Positions 9,165 through 18,974 of a DNA stretch of 64,000 nt are shown here, in pieces; positions within the stretch are counted from its first letter, which is position 1; each line of letters begins with the position of its first letter. A program made the position numbers and the translations under genes. The stretch lies in NCBI GenBank assembly GCA_018818425.1, contig JAHISB010000002.1, forward strand, positions 2,819-66,818, in the 5' to 3' direction. The stretch comes from Patescibacteria group bacterium (GTDB lineage Bacteria > Patescibacteriota > Patescibacteriia > UBA1558 > UBA10009). Under the pieces are notes generated by a model. The model was not told where the DNA came from, made no database searches, and saw only the letters and a program-made list of their open reading frames with translations.

Positions 9165-9205
9165 CAGCCAAATGCTGGTCAGCCTCTGGCTGATATCGTG
9201 TTTAG
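9165..9205. repeat. copy of the GC-rich tandem-hairpin element family (CCAGCC-N-GCTGG TCAGCC-TCT-GGCTGA)
   Basis: gccagccaaatgctggtcagcctctggctgatatc aligns with copies at 34640-34672 and 35529-35591. Confidence 0.55.
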
Positions 9206-9235
9206 ATTAATAGTAAAGTTACAAGATATAAGATT

Positions 9236-10150
9236 ATGTGGTTTATAATCGCCATTATTTCAGTTTTTTTATTTGCTGTAACTGCTGTAGTGGATAAGTT
9301 TTTACTTTCTAAATCTCCATTAATCCCTATCAGTTACGCTTTCGTCATCTCTTTACTGGGCGCTTTAGCTTCAGTAGTTTTGGTGATTTTTGAGAAAGGA
9401 TTTTATTTTCCAGCCCAGCATTTTTTGGCTTTATTCATAGGCGGCGCTGGTTTTTATTTTGCTGTTTATTTTATGTATTTGGCAGTAGTCAAAAACGAAG
9501 TTTCTAGAGTCAACCCGATGATCAACAGTCTGGCGCCGGTAGTTATATATTTTTTAACTATGGTTTTAGCTGTCGAGCTAATCAGCGCCAGAAAATTATT
9601 AGGGGCAGCCGTAGTGATTAGCGGCGGCTATTTACTTTCGCAAGTTGGGTTAAAGAAAGCTCAACTCCATAAATCAGCTTTAGTTTTGATAATTTTAGCT
9701 GCCATTATGTTCGGAATATCGAATACTTTTAGTAAAATGGCCTATGATCAGCTGCCGTTTTTAACGTCCTTTATTTGGATTAGATGGCTGACTTTACTGA
9801 CTGCCTTAGTTTTTACTACTTTGATAGGCGGCTGGTCTAAAATATCTTTTAAAAGGAAAAAACAGCGTCAGACTCCAGCTAAAAAAAAGAATCCTTGGCC
9901 AGCTTTGGTTATTGGCCAGGTCAGCGGGGGCGCGGCCGTTATTTTGTTTCAGTATGCTATCAAACTCGGCAGCGTTACCATTGTCACAGCCCTCCAGGGT
10001 TTGCAATATTTTTTCTTGCTCCTGCTTACTATTCTTCTTTCCAAAAAATTTCCCCAGATTTTACAAGAAGCTATTGGCCCTGCCGTAATTAAAAAAAAGT
10101 TATTATATTGTTTAATTTTAGCTATTGGAGTAATTTTATTGCTGGTTTAA
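9236..10150 (+). CDS. DMT/EamA-like permease (10-TM membrane protein)
   Basis: 304 aa. Two ~5-TM halves separated by a basic loop (KRKKQRQTPAKKKN), typical of drug/metabolite transporter architecture. Confidence 0.45.
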   Translation: MWFIIAIISVFLFAVTAVVDKFLLSKSPLIPISYAFVISLLGALASVVLVIFEKGFYFPAQHFLALFIGGAGFYFAVYFMYLAVVKNEVSRVNPMINSLAPVVIYFLTMVLAVELISARKLLGAAVVISGGYLLSQVGLKKAQLHKSALVLIILAAIMFGISNTFSKMAYDQLPFLTSFIWIRWLTLLTALVFTTLIGGWSKISFKRKKQRQTPAKKKNPWPALVIGQVSGGAAVILFQYAIKLGSVTIVTALQGLQYFFLLLLTILLSKKFPQILQEAIGPAVIKKKLLYCLILAIGVILLLV

Positions 10151-10207
10151 TTAGTTGAATACTCACAAATTTATTGCGAATAATCGCGAACCTCTTTAAC
10201 ATCTTCT

Positions 10208-11200
10208 ATGAAAAAAAGATTCAAAAAATGGTTAGGCATTATTATTTTACTTTTTTTAATCTACCTAGTTTATTGGCTTTATACTGTCGATTTTTCTCAA
10301 GATAAAGAAGTAGAGTTTGGCGTAACCTTCAGCAATAAATATGCTCAAGAATTATCTTTAGATTCTCGCCAGGTTTTAATAGCTATTTTAGATGATTTAA
10401 AAGTTAAAAAGTTTCGTTTAATGGCCTACTGGGACGAAATTGAACAATTGCAAGACAGTTATAATTTCAGCCAGCTCGATTGGCAGCTCCAGGAGATTAG
10501 TCAGCGCCAGGGCGAAGTTATTTTGTCTATCGGCCACCGTCTGCCGCGCTGGCCAGAATGCCATTGGCCCGGCTGGACCTTTCAGCTTAGCCGGGAACAG
10601 CGCCAGCAGAAAATTTTAGAGCTTTTAGAAAAAACAGTAAAACGCTATCAAAATAATTCTGTTATCAAGGCCTGGCAAATAGAAAACGAACCATTTTTAA
10701 AAGTTTTTGGCGAATGCCCCAAGCCGGATAAAGATTTCTTTAAACAGGAGGTTCAGCTAGTCCGTTCATTGGATAATCGGCCCGTTATTATAACCGAAAG
10801 CGGCGAACTTTCTACCTGGCTTAGAGCCGCTAAACTGGCGGATTATGTTGGCAGCAGCGTTTATCGGATTACCTGGAATAAGCGCTGGGGTTATTTTTAT
10901 TATCCTCTGCCCCCCTCGCACTATTATTTAAAAGCCCAAATAGTCAGATTGCTGACTTCAGCTAAAGGTGTTTTTGTCAGCGAAATGCAAATGGAGCCGT
11001 GGCTGGGCATGCCTGCCCTGCTAACGCCTTTAAGCGAACAATATCATTCAATGAATGTCCAGCAGTTTCAAAAAAATCTTAATTATGCCAAAAGAACCGG
11101 CTTATCGCCGAATTATTTGTGGGGAGCGGAATGGTGGTATTGGCTTAGGGAGCAAGGTGATGGCAGCATCTGGCAGTTGGCTAAAGAGATTTGGCGATAA
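10208..11200 (+). CDS. membrane-anchored glycoside hydrolase, TIM-barrel (GH5-like)
   Basis: 330 aa. N-terminal TM, then WQIENEP (catalytic acid NEP motif) and ITESG (nucleophile-like TE) at GH5-like spacing. Confidence 0.5.
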   Translation: MKKRFKKWLGIIILLFLIYLVYWLYTVDFSQDKEVEFGVTFSNKYAQELSLDSRQVLIAILDDLKVKKFRLMAYWDEIEQLQDSYNFSQLDWQLQEISQRQGEVILSIGHRLPRWPECHWPGWTFQLSREQRQQKILELLEKTVKRYQNNSVIKAWQIENEPFLKVFGECPKPDKDFFKQEVQLVRSLDNRPVIITESGELSTWLRAAKLADYVGSSVYRITWNKRWGYFYYPLPPSHYYLKAQIVRLLTSAKGVFVSEMQMEPWLGMPALLTPLSEQYHSMNVQQFQKNLNYAKRTGLSPNYLWGAEWWYWLREQGDGSIWQLAKEIWR

Positions 11201-11204
11201 AACG

Positions 11205-11440
11205 TTTTGTCTTTCGACTCGTCGCTTTGCTCCTCGCTCAAGATATTCGACTCCTACTATGAGTGGTCGGAGTTTCTGAAGCGCAGCGAAGAAACGAAGA
11301 CTACCACTCGGCCTTGAGCTAGTGGCCGAAAGGTGAGCGGAGCCGAGCGATAGCGAGGCGGAGTCGAATAGTGGTACTGGCTCAAAGAACAGGGCGATAG
11401 CAGTATTTGGCAGCTGGCCAAAGAGATTTGGCCGGGCTAA
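11205..11440. repeat. imperfect ~170 nt palindrome followed by a diverged direct copy of the last ~73 nt of the upstream GH gene
   Basis: 11128-11200 (gene 3' end) and 11367-11440 are ~80% identical and in direct orientation. Between them, arms gctcaag.../...cttgagc and gagtggt/accactc pair. Both arms contain the CTCGGCT-N-CGCTC motif family. Confidence 0.6.
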
Positions 11441-11518
11441 GCCCGAGCGATTAAGTTGAGCTTGCCTTAAGCTTAATGGTCAAATTAAGGCAAAAGATGT
11501 TATAATTATCATTATCAT

Positions 11519-12583
11519 ATGACAGTCAGCTATAAAAAAATTATAAATATTTTTAGTCTTTCGCCGGAACGTCATCAAAAAGTAAAGAATCAGATCGCCG
11601 AAGAAGCCAAAGGCGATTTGGATTTTTACGTTCTTTCGGTGCTGTCCGGCGTAATTATTACCTTTGGCCTGATTATTGATAATACGGCCATGGTCATCGG
11701 CGGGATGCTGTTGGCGCCTCTAGTCTGGCCGATGCTGGCTTTGGGTTTGGCTATTACCAGAGGGAGCATCAGATCACTTGAAAGTTCCCTTTTTACCATA
11801 GTAAAGATAAGCGTTGTAATTATCATAACTTCTTTTTTGATTGGCTGGGTTTCGCCTTTTAATGAATTCGGTCGGGAGGTTCTTTCCAGAACCCAGCCCA
11901 CCATTGTAGAATTAATGGTGGCGTTTTGCGCCGGTTTTGTGGCCGCTTTTGTTATCGGGCACCCGGGCCTGGGCAGTTTTATTGCGGGTGTGGTGATTGC
12001 CGCGGCGATTGTGCCGCCTTTGTGCGTGGCCGGCCTTTCGATAGCTCATCAAAATTTAGCCCAAGCCGGCGGAGCGTTTTTACTGTTTACTTCCAATTTA
12101 ATTGCCATAATTTTATCCTCCACCATTTATTTTTTGCTGGCAAAGTTCAAGCCTATTTTCACCAAGGAGGGTAGAAAAAGAAGAATCAGCAATATTATTT
12201 GGCTGCTGGTTTTTTTAATGGTAATTTTAATACCGCTGTTAGTTATTACCAAAGATATTATTTCTCAAAATAAGCAGTATTACATAACCCAGAAAACTTT
12301 GCTGGCTAATTTAAAAGAGGGCAAGATAGCCGAACTGGAGCTTAAAGAAAAAGACGATGTTTTATTTATCACCGCGACTTTAAGAGCCGAGAGAAATTTA
12401 ACCAGCTGGGAATTAGATTATTTAGCCGATCATATTTCTCAAGCTTTAAATAAATCGGTTAATTTGCAAATTACAGTTATCCCCACTATGCAGGGCGGTA
12501 AGATTATCGAGGCCGGTCCAGCCATGCCGCCGGCTGACGCTGATTTTAATCAAAACCAAATTTTTCCTAAAACTAAACAATAA
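11519..12583 (+). CDS. hypothetical integral membrane protein (DUF389-like)
   Basis: 354 aa, ~8 TM. VIGGMLLAPLVWPML segment resembles the DUF389/TIGR00341 hydrophobic domain. Low certainty. Confidence 0.4.
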   Translation: MTVSYKKIINIFSLSPERHQKVKNQIAEEAKGDLDFYVLSVLSGVIITFGLIIDNTAMVIGGMLLAPLVWPMLALGLAITRGSIRSLESSLFTIVKISVVIIITSFLIGWVSPFNEFGREVLSRTQPTIVELMVAFCAGFVAAFVIGHPGLGSFIAGVVIAAAIVPPLCVAGLSIAHQNLAQAGGAFLLFTSNLIAIILSSTIYFLLAKFKPIFTKEGRKRRISNIIWLLVFLMVILIPLLVITKDIISQNKQYYITQKTLLANLKEGKIAELELKEKDDVLFITATLRAERNLTSWELDYLADHISQALNKSVNLQITVIPTMQGGKIIEAGPAMPPADADFNQNQIFPKTKQ

Positions 12584-13716
12584 TGGATAAAAAACTTCCT
12601 TTTTTAGAAGCCATTGCTATTTTAGTCGGCACTATTATTGGCGCCGGTATTTTAGGCATTCCTTACGTTGTGGCTCAAGCCGGTTTTTTAACCGGCGTGG
12701 CGGTTTTGGCGGTTTTGGCCGCGGCCGTTATTTTAATCAATCTTTTTATAGGCGAAATTGTTTTAAGCACTAAAAATAGATATCAATTAACCGGTTATGC
12801 TAATAAATATTTGGGGAAAGCCGGTAAATATTTAATGTTCGGAGCCACGGTTTTTGGCTTTTACGGAGCTTTGCTGGCTTACCTGATTGGCGAAGGCGAA
12901 GTTTTAGCCGCTTTAACCGGCGGCAATCCCTTGCTTTACAGCTTATTATTTTTTGTTTTTGGCTCTTTATTAATTTATCTGGGCTTAGCAATAATTAAAA
13001 AATTTGAATTTTTCATGACCTTGATAATTTTATTGATTGTTTTAGTAATTAGCTTGTGGAGCTTTGATGTGATTAATTTTGAAAATTTAGCCGAATTTAA
13101 TTTAGCCAAGCTGTTTATTCCCTATGGCGTAATCCTTTTTGCCATCGGCGGCAGTTCAGCTGTTCCCCAGCTAAGATTTGTTTTACAGGGCAGGGAAAAA
13201 TTAGTTAAGCGGGCCATTCTTATCGGTGTGGCCATTCCTTTTATTGTTTATCTGCTGTTTACTTTAGTGGTTGTAGGAGTTACCGGTTTAACAACTACCG
13301 AAGTAGCTACCATTGGTTTGGGTAATTTGGCAGGCAAGTCCATGATTATTTTTGGCAACCTTTTCGCTTTCTTTACTATGGGCACCAGTTTTTTAACTCT
13401 GGGACTGGCTTTAAAAGACACTTATCGTTTTGATTTAAATTTAAGTTATAAGTTCTCTTGGCTGCTGGCCTGCTTGCCGCCTTTAATTATTTTTATTTTA
13501 GGCCTCAACAGTTTTGTAAAAGTTTTAGGCACGGTCGGAGCCATTGGCGGGGGCATAGAAGGCCTGCTTATTTTAGCGATTTATCTTAAACTTAAATCAT
13601 TAAAGAAAACTGAACGGGAACCTGAATATAAAATACCCGTCCCCGGTTTTATAATTGGCATTTTGTCTTTAATTTTTATCGGCGGCATAGTTTATACCTT
13701 GCGGCAGTTTTCTTGA
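12583..13716 (+). CDS. amino acid permease (APC superfamily, aromatic/hydroxy amino acid permease-like)
   Basis: 377 aa, 10-11 TM. N-terminal LVGTIIGAGILGIPYV signature. ATG overlaps the upstream stop (TAATGG). Confidence 0.55.
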   Translation: MDKKLPFLEAIAILVGTIIGAGILGIPYVVAQAGFLTGVAVLAVLAAAVILINLFIGEIVLSTKNRYQLTGYANKYLGKAGKYLMFGATVFGFYGALLAYLIGEGEVLAALTGGNPLLYSLLFFVFGSLLIYLGLAIIKKFEFFMTLIILLIVLVISLWSFDVINFENLAEFNLAKLFIPYGVILFAIGGSSAVPQLRFVLQGREKLVKRAILIGVAIPFIVYLLFTLVVVGVTGLTTTEVATIGLGNLAGKSMIIFGNLFAFFTMGTSFLTLGLALKDTYRFDLNLSYKFSWLLACLPPLIIFILGLNSFVKVLGTVGAIGGGIEGLLILAIYLKLKSLKKTEREPEYKIPVPGFIIGILSLIFIGGIVYTLRQFS

Positions 13717-13814
13717 CAGATTATTAATATGGTGATATTATTATGAATATAGCAATATTGAAATTCTCCTTATTTCGCAAGAGGAGATTTTTTTACCTTA
13801 AATTGTTCTAAAAT

Positions 13815-15485
13815 ATGGAAATTATTAAAAAAGTTTTAAAAAGCAAGCTATGGTGGTTTTTTATCATCGTCATTATTGTTATTGGCGGCATAATTTACAA
13901 CCAAAAACAGCGGGGGGATCAAATAGAATATATTACCGACCTGGTCAAGCGCGGCGATCTGGTTCAGAGTGTTTCGGCCACCGGCCAGGTGGAGGCCGCT
14001 TCGGCGACAGATTTAAACTTTAAGATTGCCGGCCAGCTGGCAGCGCTGACAGTTAAAGTCGGCGATCAGGTAAAAAGCGGCCAATTGTTAGCCAGATTGG
14101 CATCCCAACAGGCGCAAAGCCAGGTGGCGAACGCCCAGGCCCAGCAGGCCGAAGCTCAAGCCGATTTAGATAAAATTATTGCCGGCAGCAGCGACGAAGA
14201 TCTGGCCGTGTCTCAAGCCAAAGTCAACCAAGCTCAGGCCGATTTAAGCGTTAAGGAAGCGGCTTTAGATAATTTAGTTTCAGAAAAAGAACAAAATCTG
14301 CTTTCTTATAAAGAGCAGGCTCTGAATGAAATTGCGGACAGCTTATTTTTATCTGCTGAATCTTTAGAAGATATCAATAACATAGTTAACGGCACTTATG
14401 AAAGCTATTTAAGAAATTATACGCCTACCAGTTATAATTTAGCTTGGAATAGTTACAATGATGCCGATCCGGTTATAAAAGCATTGGCCACAGCAGCGGA
14501 TCAGTATTCAACTGCCAGTTTAGTCAGCGAATTGATAAGTTTTTTAGATCAACTCAAAGCGGCAGTGGAGCAGGTCGATTCAACATTAAACAGTACTTAT
14601 AATTTGGCTGTGGCCGCTAATCCGTTGCTTGATTTAACGCAGGCCACTCTGGATACTTATAAATCGACTATTACTACCGATCAGACAAATATTTCTTCTG
14701 CCATCGCTAATCTGCAGACCGCTAAAGCCAATTTGCAGATTACATCGGTAGAGTACGATAACGACATCAAAGAAGCGGAATTGAATATTGCCAAAGCCCA
14801 GTCCGCTTTGGAGGTGGCCGAAGCCGAACTTAATTTGGTTTTGGCTGAACCCAAGGGTTTTGACATTAACCTGCATCAGGCCAGAGTAGCCATGGCCGAG
14901 GCCAAAGTGCAGTCTGCTTTGGCAGATTTGAGTGAATACAGCTTATTTGCTCCTGTCAGCGGAGTAATCACCCAGGTCAATTATGAACTGGGCGAACAGG
15001 TAAAATCCACAGAGCCGGTAGTTTCTTTAATTAATTTAAGTAATTTAGAGATTGAGGTGGATATACCGGAATCGGACATTGCCAAAGTTAAAGTGGGCGA
15101 CGAAGCGCAGATAACTTTAGATGCCTTTGGCGAGGAGCGGCCTTTTTCCAGCCAGATAATCTTTATTGACCCGGCCGAAACAGTTATTAACGATGTGGTT
15201 TATTATAAAGTCAAACTCGTTTTCAACGAAAAAGACGAGCAGATAAAATCGGGCATGACGGCTAATGTGACGATTAACACCAACGTCCGCCAAGATGTGT
15301 TATTTATTCCTCAACGAGCAGTGATTAGCCCTAATGGCGAGAGCATAGTCAGAGTACTTAACAACGGCCTGGTTGAAGAAAAAAAAGTTACCACCGGCCT
15401 CAAGGGCGACGGCGGTTTGATAGAAATTTTGACGGGCCTTAGCGAAAGCGAGGAAATTATTACTTATATTAAAAATGGCAAGTAA
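13815..15485 (+). CDS. efflux membrane-fusion (HlyD/MacA family) periplasmic adaptor subunit
   Basis: 556 aa. N-terminal TM, biotinyl/lipoyl-like beta hairpin (VSATGQVEAASATDLNFKIAGQLAALTVKVGDQVKSGQLLARL), long coiled coil, C-terminal beta-barrel. Confidence 0.75.
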   Translation: MEIIKKVLKSKLWWFFIIVIIVIGGIIYNQKQRGDQIEYITDLVKRGDLVQSVSATGQVEAASATDLNFKIAGQLAALTVKVGDQVKSGQLLARLASQQAQSQVANAQAQQAEAQADLDKIIAGSSDEDLAVSQAKVNQAQADLSVKEAALDNLVSEKEQNLLSYKEQALNEIADSLFLSAESLEDINNIVNGTYESYLRNYTPTSYNLAWNSYNDADPVIKALATAADQYSTASLVSELISFLDQLKAAVEQVDSTLNSTYNLAVAANPLLDLTQATLDTYKSTITTDQTNISSAIANLQTAKANLQITSVEYDNDIKEAELNIAKAQSALEVAEAELNLVLAEPKGFDINLHQARVAMAEAKVQSALADLSEYSLFAPVSGVITQVNYELGEQVKSTEPVVSLINLSNLEIEVDIPESDIAKVKVGDEAQITLDAFGEERPFSSQIIFIDPAETVINDVVYYKVKLVFNEKDEQIKSGMTANVTINTNVRQDVLFIPQRAVISPNGESIVRVLNNGLVEEKKVTTGLKGDGGLIEILTGLSESEEIITYIKNGK

Positions 15486-16197
15486 GAATTTAATCAAAAT
15501 TCAAAAATTATATAAAGAGTTTGTGGCCGACGAGGTAATAACCAAAGTTTTGTTTGATATTAATTTAGTAATCGATCGGGGGGAGTTTGTGGCTATTATG
15601 GGCCCCTCCGGTTCTGGCAAGTCAACTTTAATGCATATTCTGGGCTTTTTAGACCGGCCGTCAACCGGCCAGTATTTTTTTAAAGACCAGGAGACTTCAG
15701 AATTTAATGACGATAAATTAGCCGACATCAGAAACAAAGAGATTGGTTTTGTTTTTCAGACTTATTATCTTCTTCAAAAAACAACAATTTTAGAAAACGT
15801 CAAACTCCCATTAGTATATAGCGGCAGCAAAGAGAGCGAAGCCAAAGCCAAACAAGCTTTAAAAGCAGTCGGCTTAGAACATCGCTTGAAGTATTTTTCT
15901 AACCAGCTTTCGGGCGGCGAAAAACAAAGAGCGGCCATTGCCAGGGCTTTGGTCAATAATCCGGAAATAATATTTGCCGATGAGCCAACCGGTAATTTAG
16001 ATTCAAAATCAGGCGCCCAGGTAATGAAAATTTTAGAAAAGCTCAACCAAGAAGGCAAAACAATAATCTTAGTCACCCACGAACAAGATACAGCCAACCA
16101 TGCCAAGAGAATACTAAATATCAGGGACGGCAAAATCATCGATGATTATAAAGTCAATAACCGCAGCACAAGTGAAAACGGCGTTCTTATAAAATAA
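15475..16197 (+). CDS. ABC transporter ATP-binding protein (MacB/FtsE/LolD family)
   Basis: Walker A GPSGSGKST, signature LSGGEKQRAAIARAL, Walker B IIFADEPTGNLD. Confidence 0.85.
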   Translation: MASKNLIKIQKLYKEFVADEVITKVLFDINLVIDRGEFVAIMGPSGSGKSTLMHILGFLDRPSTGQYFFKDQETSEFNDDKLADIRNKEIGFVFQTYYLLQKTTILENVKLPLVYSGSKESEAKAKQALKAVGLEHRLKYFSNQLSGGEKQRAAIARALVNNPEIIFADEPTGNLDSKSGAQVMKILEKLNQEGKTIILVTHEQDTANHAKRILNIRDGKIIDDYKVNNRSTSENGVLIK

Positions 16198-16211
16198 GAA
16201 CGTTTTTATGT

Positions 16212-17447
16212 ATGAATTTTAAAGGCATCATCAACCTGTCTTTAATCGGCTTAAAGACTAATAAAACCAGAAGCGCCCTAACAATGTTAGGGATTATTAT
16301 TGGCATTGGAGCGGTCATTGTGATTATGTCGGTGGGCGCCGGCGCCCAAAGCTTAATTTTAGACCAGGTGCAAAAAGTCGGGACTAATTTAATCGGCATT
16401 ATGCCGGGCGCCCCCAGCGAAGAAGGCCCGCCGGCCACGGCTTTTGGCATTACGGTGACAACCTTAAAATACGAAGACGGCCTGGCTGTGGCGCGGGAAG
16501 TTCCTGAAATTTCAGCCGCCGCTTCTTTTGTCAGGGGCATAGAAACAGTTTCCTGGCAGAACCAAAAAAAGGACACTACCTTTGTGGGCACTACGGCCAG
16601 CTATATAGAGGTCGAAGATACCGAAGTGGAACTGGGGCATTTTTTCAGCGAACAGGAAGAAAAAAGCGTTATCCGGGTGGCGGCGCTGGGTTATCAGCTG
16701 GCCCAGGAATTATTCGGCCAGGCAGATCCCATTGGCCAGAAAGTAAAGATCCGCAGGGAATCATTCGAGGTGATTGGGGTTATGAAAGAAAGGGGCAGCG
16801 TGGGCTTTGAAAGCGTGGATGACCAGATTTTTATTCCCTTAAAAACAGCTCAAAAGCTTCTGTTAGGCATAAACCATGTCAGCGTCATCAGGGCCAAAGT
16901 TAAAGATAACGAAAACATTGACGCCATTATACCGGCAGTCAAGCAGATTATCAGAGACAGGCACGGCATCAGAAATTCTTCAGAAGATGATTTTGATGTC
17001 AGGAATCAGGCCGAAGCCCTGGCAATGCTGACCACCATAACTAACGCTCTCAACTATTTTTTAGCGGCTATGGCGGCTATTTCTTTAATTGTGGGCGGAA
17101 TCGGCATTATGAATATAATGTACGTGACGGTCAGCGAAAGATATCAGGAAATAGGCCTGCGTAAAGCCGTAGGCGCTAAAAAGAACAATTTGTTAAGCCA
17201 ATTTTTAATCGAAGCAATTATTGTAACTTTGCTTGGCGGCATTATCGGCATTATTGGCGGAGCTTTGGTTTCGGGTTCCGTGGCTTTGGGGGCAAACTAT
17301 TTGGGCTATAACTGGGCTTTTATTATCACGCCTTTTTCCATAATTATTGCCGTTTCTGTGGCCGCGGCCATTGGCTTAATCTTCGGTTATTTTCCGGCCA
17401 GGAAAGCGGCTAAGCTGGATCCTATCACCGCTTTAAGATACGAATAG
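16212..17447 (+). CDS. ABC transporter permease, FtsX/MacB type with periplasmic domain
   Basis: 411 aa. N-terminal TM, ~220 aa periplasmic domain, C-terminal 3-TM FtsX module (GGIGIMNIMYVTVSERYQEIGLRKAVGAKK). Confidence 0.8.
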   Translation: MNFKGIINLSLIGLKTNKTRSALTMLGIIIGIGAVIVIMSVGAGAQSLILDQVQKVGTNLIGIMPGAPSEEGPPATAFGITVTTLKYEDGLAVAREVPEISAAASFVRGIETVSWQNQKKDTTFVGTTASYIEVEDTEVELGHFFSEQEEKSVIRVAALGYQLAQELFGQADPIGQKVKIRRESFEVIGVMKERGSVGFESVDDQIFIPLKTAQKLLLGINHVSVIRAKVKDNENIDAIIPAVKQIIRDRHGIRNSSEDDFDVRNQAEALAMLTTITNALNYFLAAMAAISLIVGGIGIMNIMYVTVSERYQEIGLRKAVGAKKNNLLSQFLIEAIIVTLLGGIIGIIGGALVSGSVALGANYLGYNWAFIITPFSIIIAVSVAAAIGLIFGYFPARKAAKLDPITALRYE

Positions 17448-17492
17448 TAAAAAATGCGAAAATCGAAATAACAGAGATATCCACTGAAAACA

Positions 17493-17566
17493 CTGACAGT
17501 TCACGGATAACTCACCGAGGACTCACAGATATCAGTGTAACATCAGCCCGAATCAGTGAACTGTCA
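17493..17566. repeat. 12-bp perfect inverted repeat (ctgacagttcac / gtgaactgtcag) enclosing TCAC(N)GAT words
   Basis: Arms at 17493-17504 and 17555-17566. The interior has tcacggat and tcacagat words. The cagcgtatctcagcg motif follows at 17565-17579. Confidence 0.6.
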
Positions 17567-17596
17567 GCGTATCTCAGCGACCTAGGATTTAATAAA

Positions 17597-18847
17597 ATGT
17601 ATTTCATAACATCAATCAAAATAGCTTACATAGCTTTAACCACCCATAAATTAAGGAGTTTTTTGACGATTCTGGGCATTGTCATCGGCATTACCTCGGT
17701 GATTATGGTTTTTTCGGCCGGCGAGGGAGTAAAAAGTTTATTGTTGGGACAAATAGAAAGCTGGGGCTCTGATATGGTTGAAGTTGAAATAAAAACTCCC
17801 AGCGCTTCGCAGACTTCAATAGAAAACGCAACCAGCATGGTTATGGGCGTAAGCATCACCACTCTCAAGGAGGCCGATGCTCAGGCCATTTTGGAACACC
17901 CTAATATCAGCAATGTTTATTCGGGTAATATCGGGCAGGCCATGGTAACTTATGCCGATCAAGCTAAAATGCTGCAGCTATGGGGCGTATCTCCTTCTTA
18001 TATTGATATGGATGCTTCGGAAGTGGAAGAAGGCAGGTTTTTTACCGAAGACGAGAACAAAAGCTTGGCCAGAGTGGCGGTTATCGGCAGTGAAATTAAA
18101 AAGAAATTTTTTGGCGACCAGGAAGCAATTGGTAAAAATATTAAAATCGACAAAAATAGTTATAAAGTCATCGGCGTGATGGAGGAGCGGGGCGATATTA
18201 TGTACATGAATATGGATGAATGGATTTATATGCCAATCAGGACCTTGCAGAAATTAGTTATGGGCGTTGACCATGTAATGTTTATAATGGGCAAAATTAT
18301 TAATATGGATTTAGCCGATGCCACGGCCCAAGACCTCACTTTGTTGATGCGCGACCGCCACGGCATCACCGACCCGGTCAAGGATGATTTTGCCGTTATT
18401 ACCATGGAAGAAGCCATAGAAATTTATGGCAGCATTTTAGGAGCCGTCACCCTTTTGCTGATGGCCATTGTGGCCGTATCTTTAATTGTGGGGGGGGTGG
18501 GCATTATGAATATTATGTTTGTTTCGGTGACTGAAAGAACATCAGAAATCGGCTTAAGAAAAGCCGTCGGCGCCAGCGAAAAAAAGATTCTTTCCCAGTT
18601 TTTATGGGAAGCCATTACTTTAACTTTTATCGGCGGAATCATAGGAATTATTTTTGGCTTATTGATTTCGTTATTAACCTCCATCGGCGCCCAAAGCCAG
18701 GGTCTGGACTGGCCGTTTATAGTTAAACCAACGGCCATAATTATCAGCGCCGGCGCCTCCATAATCATCGGCCTGATTTTCGGCATTGTGCCTGCTCGCC
18801 GGGCCGCCAAAATGGACCCAATTATGGCTTTAAGGCATGAGCGGTAA
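17597..18847 (+). CDS. ABC transporter permease, FtsX/MacB type (second copy)
   Basis: 416 aa paralogue of the preceding permease (GGVGIMNIMFVSVTERTSEIGLRKAVGASEKK). Confidence 0.8.
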   Translation: MYFITSIKIAYIALTTHKLRSFLTILGIVIGITSVIMVFSAGEGVKSLLLGQIESWGSDMVEVEIKTPSASQTSIENATSMVMGVSITTLKEADAQAILEHPNISNVYSGNIGQAMVTYADQAKMLQLWGVSPSYIDMDASEVEEGRFFTEDENKSLARVAVIGSEIKKKFFGDQEAIGKNIKIDKNSYKVIGVMEERGDIMYMNMDEWIYMPIRTLQKLVMGVDHVMFIMGKIINMDLADATAQDLTLLMRDRHGITDPVKDDFAVITMEEAIEIYGSILGAVTLLLMAIVAVSLIVGGVGIMNIMFVSVTERTSEIGLRKAVGASEKKILSQFLWEAITLTFIGGIIGIIFGLLISLLTSIGAQSQGLDWPFIVKPTAIIISAGASIIIGLIFGIVPARRAAKMDPIMALRHER

Positions 18848-18888
18848 GTGAATACTAATGATAATTTATTTTTTTTGTGTTAAATCTC

Positions 18889-18916
18889 TTGACGCCTTTT
18901 TAAAATATGTTATACT
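18889..18916 (+). promoter_or_regulatory. sigma70-like promoter of the hrcA heat-shock cluster (TTGACG-16-TATACT)
   Basis: -35 TTGACG 18889-18894, -10 TATACT 18911-18916. Immediately followed by the CIRCE operator. Confidence 0.55.
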
Positions 18917-18919
18917 GAA

Positions 18920-18946
18920 TTAGCACTCTCAACGGTAGAGTGCCAA
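18920..18946 (+). promoter_or_regulatory. CIRCE element (HrcA operator)
   Basis: TTAGCACTC-N9-GAGTGCCAA, matching TTAGCACTC-N9-GAGTGCTAA with one mismatch. Located between the -10 box and hrcA. Confidence 0.8.
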
Positions 18947-18974
18947 CCCAAAAATCATCACAACTCATTGATAT

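Noticed and set aside
11055-11279. 74-aa ORF spanning the GH gene end and the downstream palindrome
   Set aside because: Reads through a recognised repeat or hairpin region and overlaps the GH gene out of frame. No support.
11441-11518. T-box or other riboswitch upstream of the membrane protein and amino-acid permease pair
   Set aside because: No T-box consensus (AATTAGGGTGGNACCGCG) or specifier/antiterminator arrangement. The region is explained by the duplication and palindrome structure.
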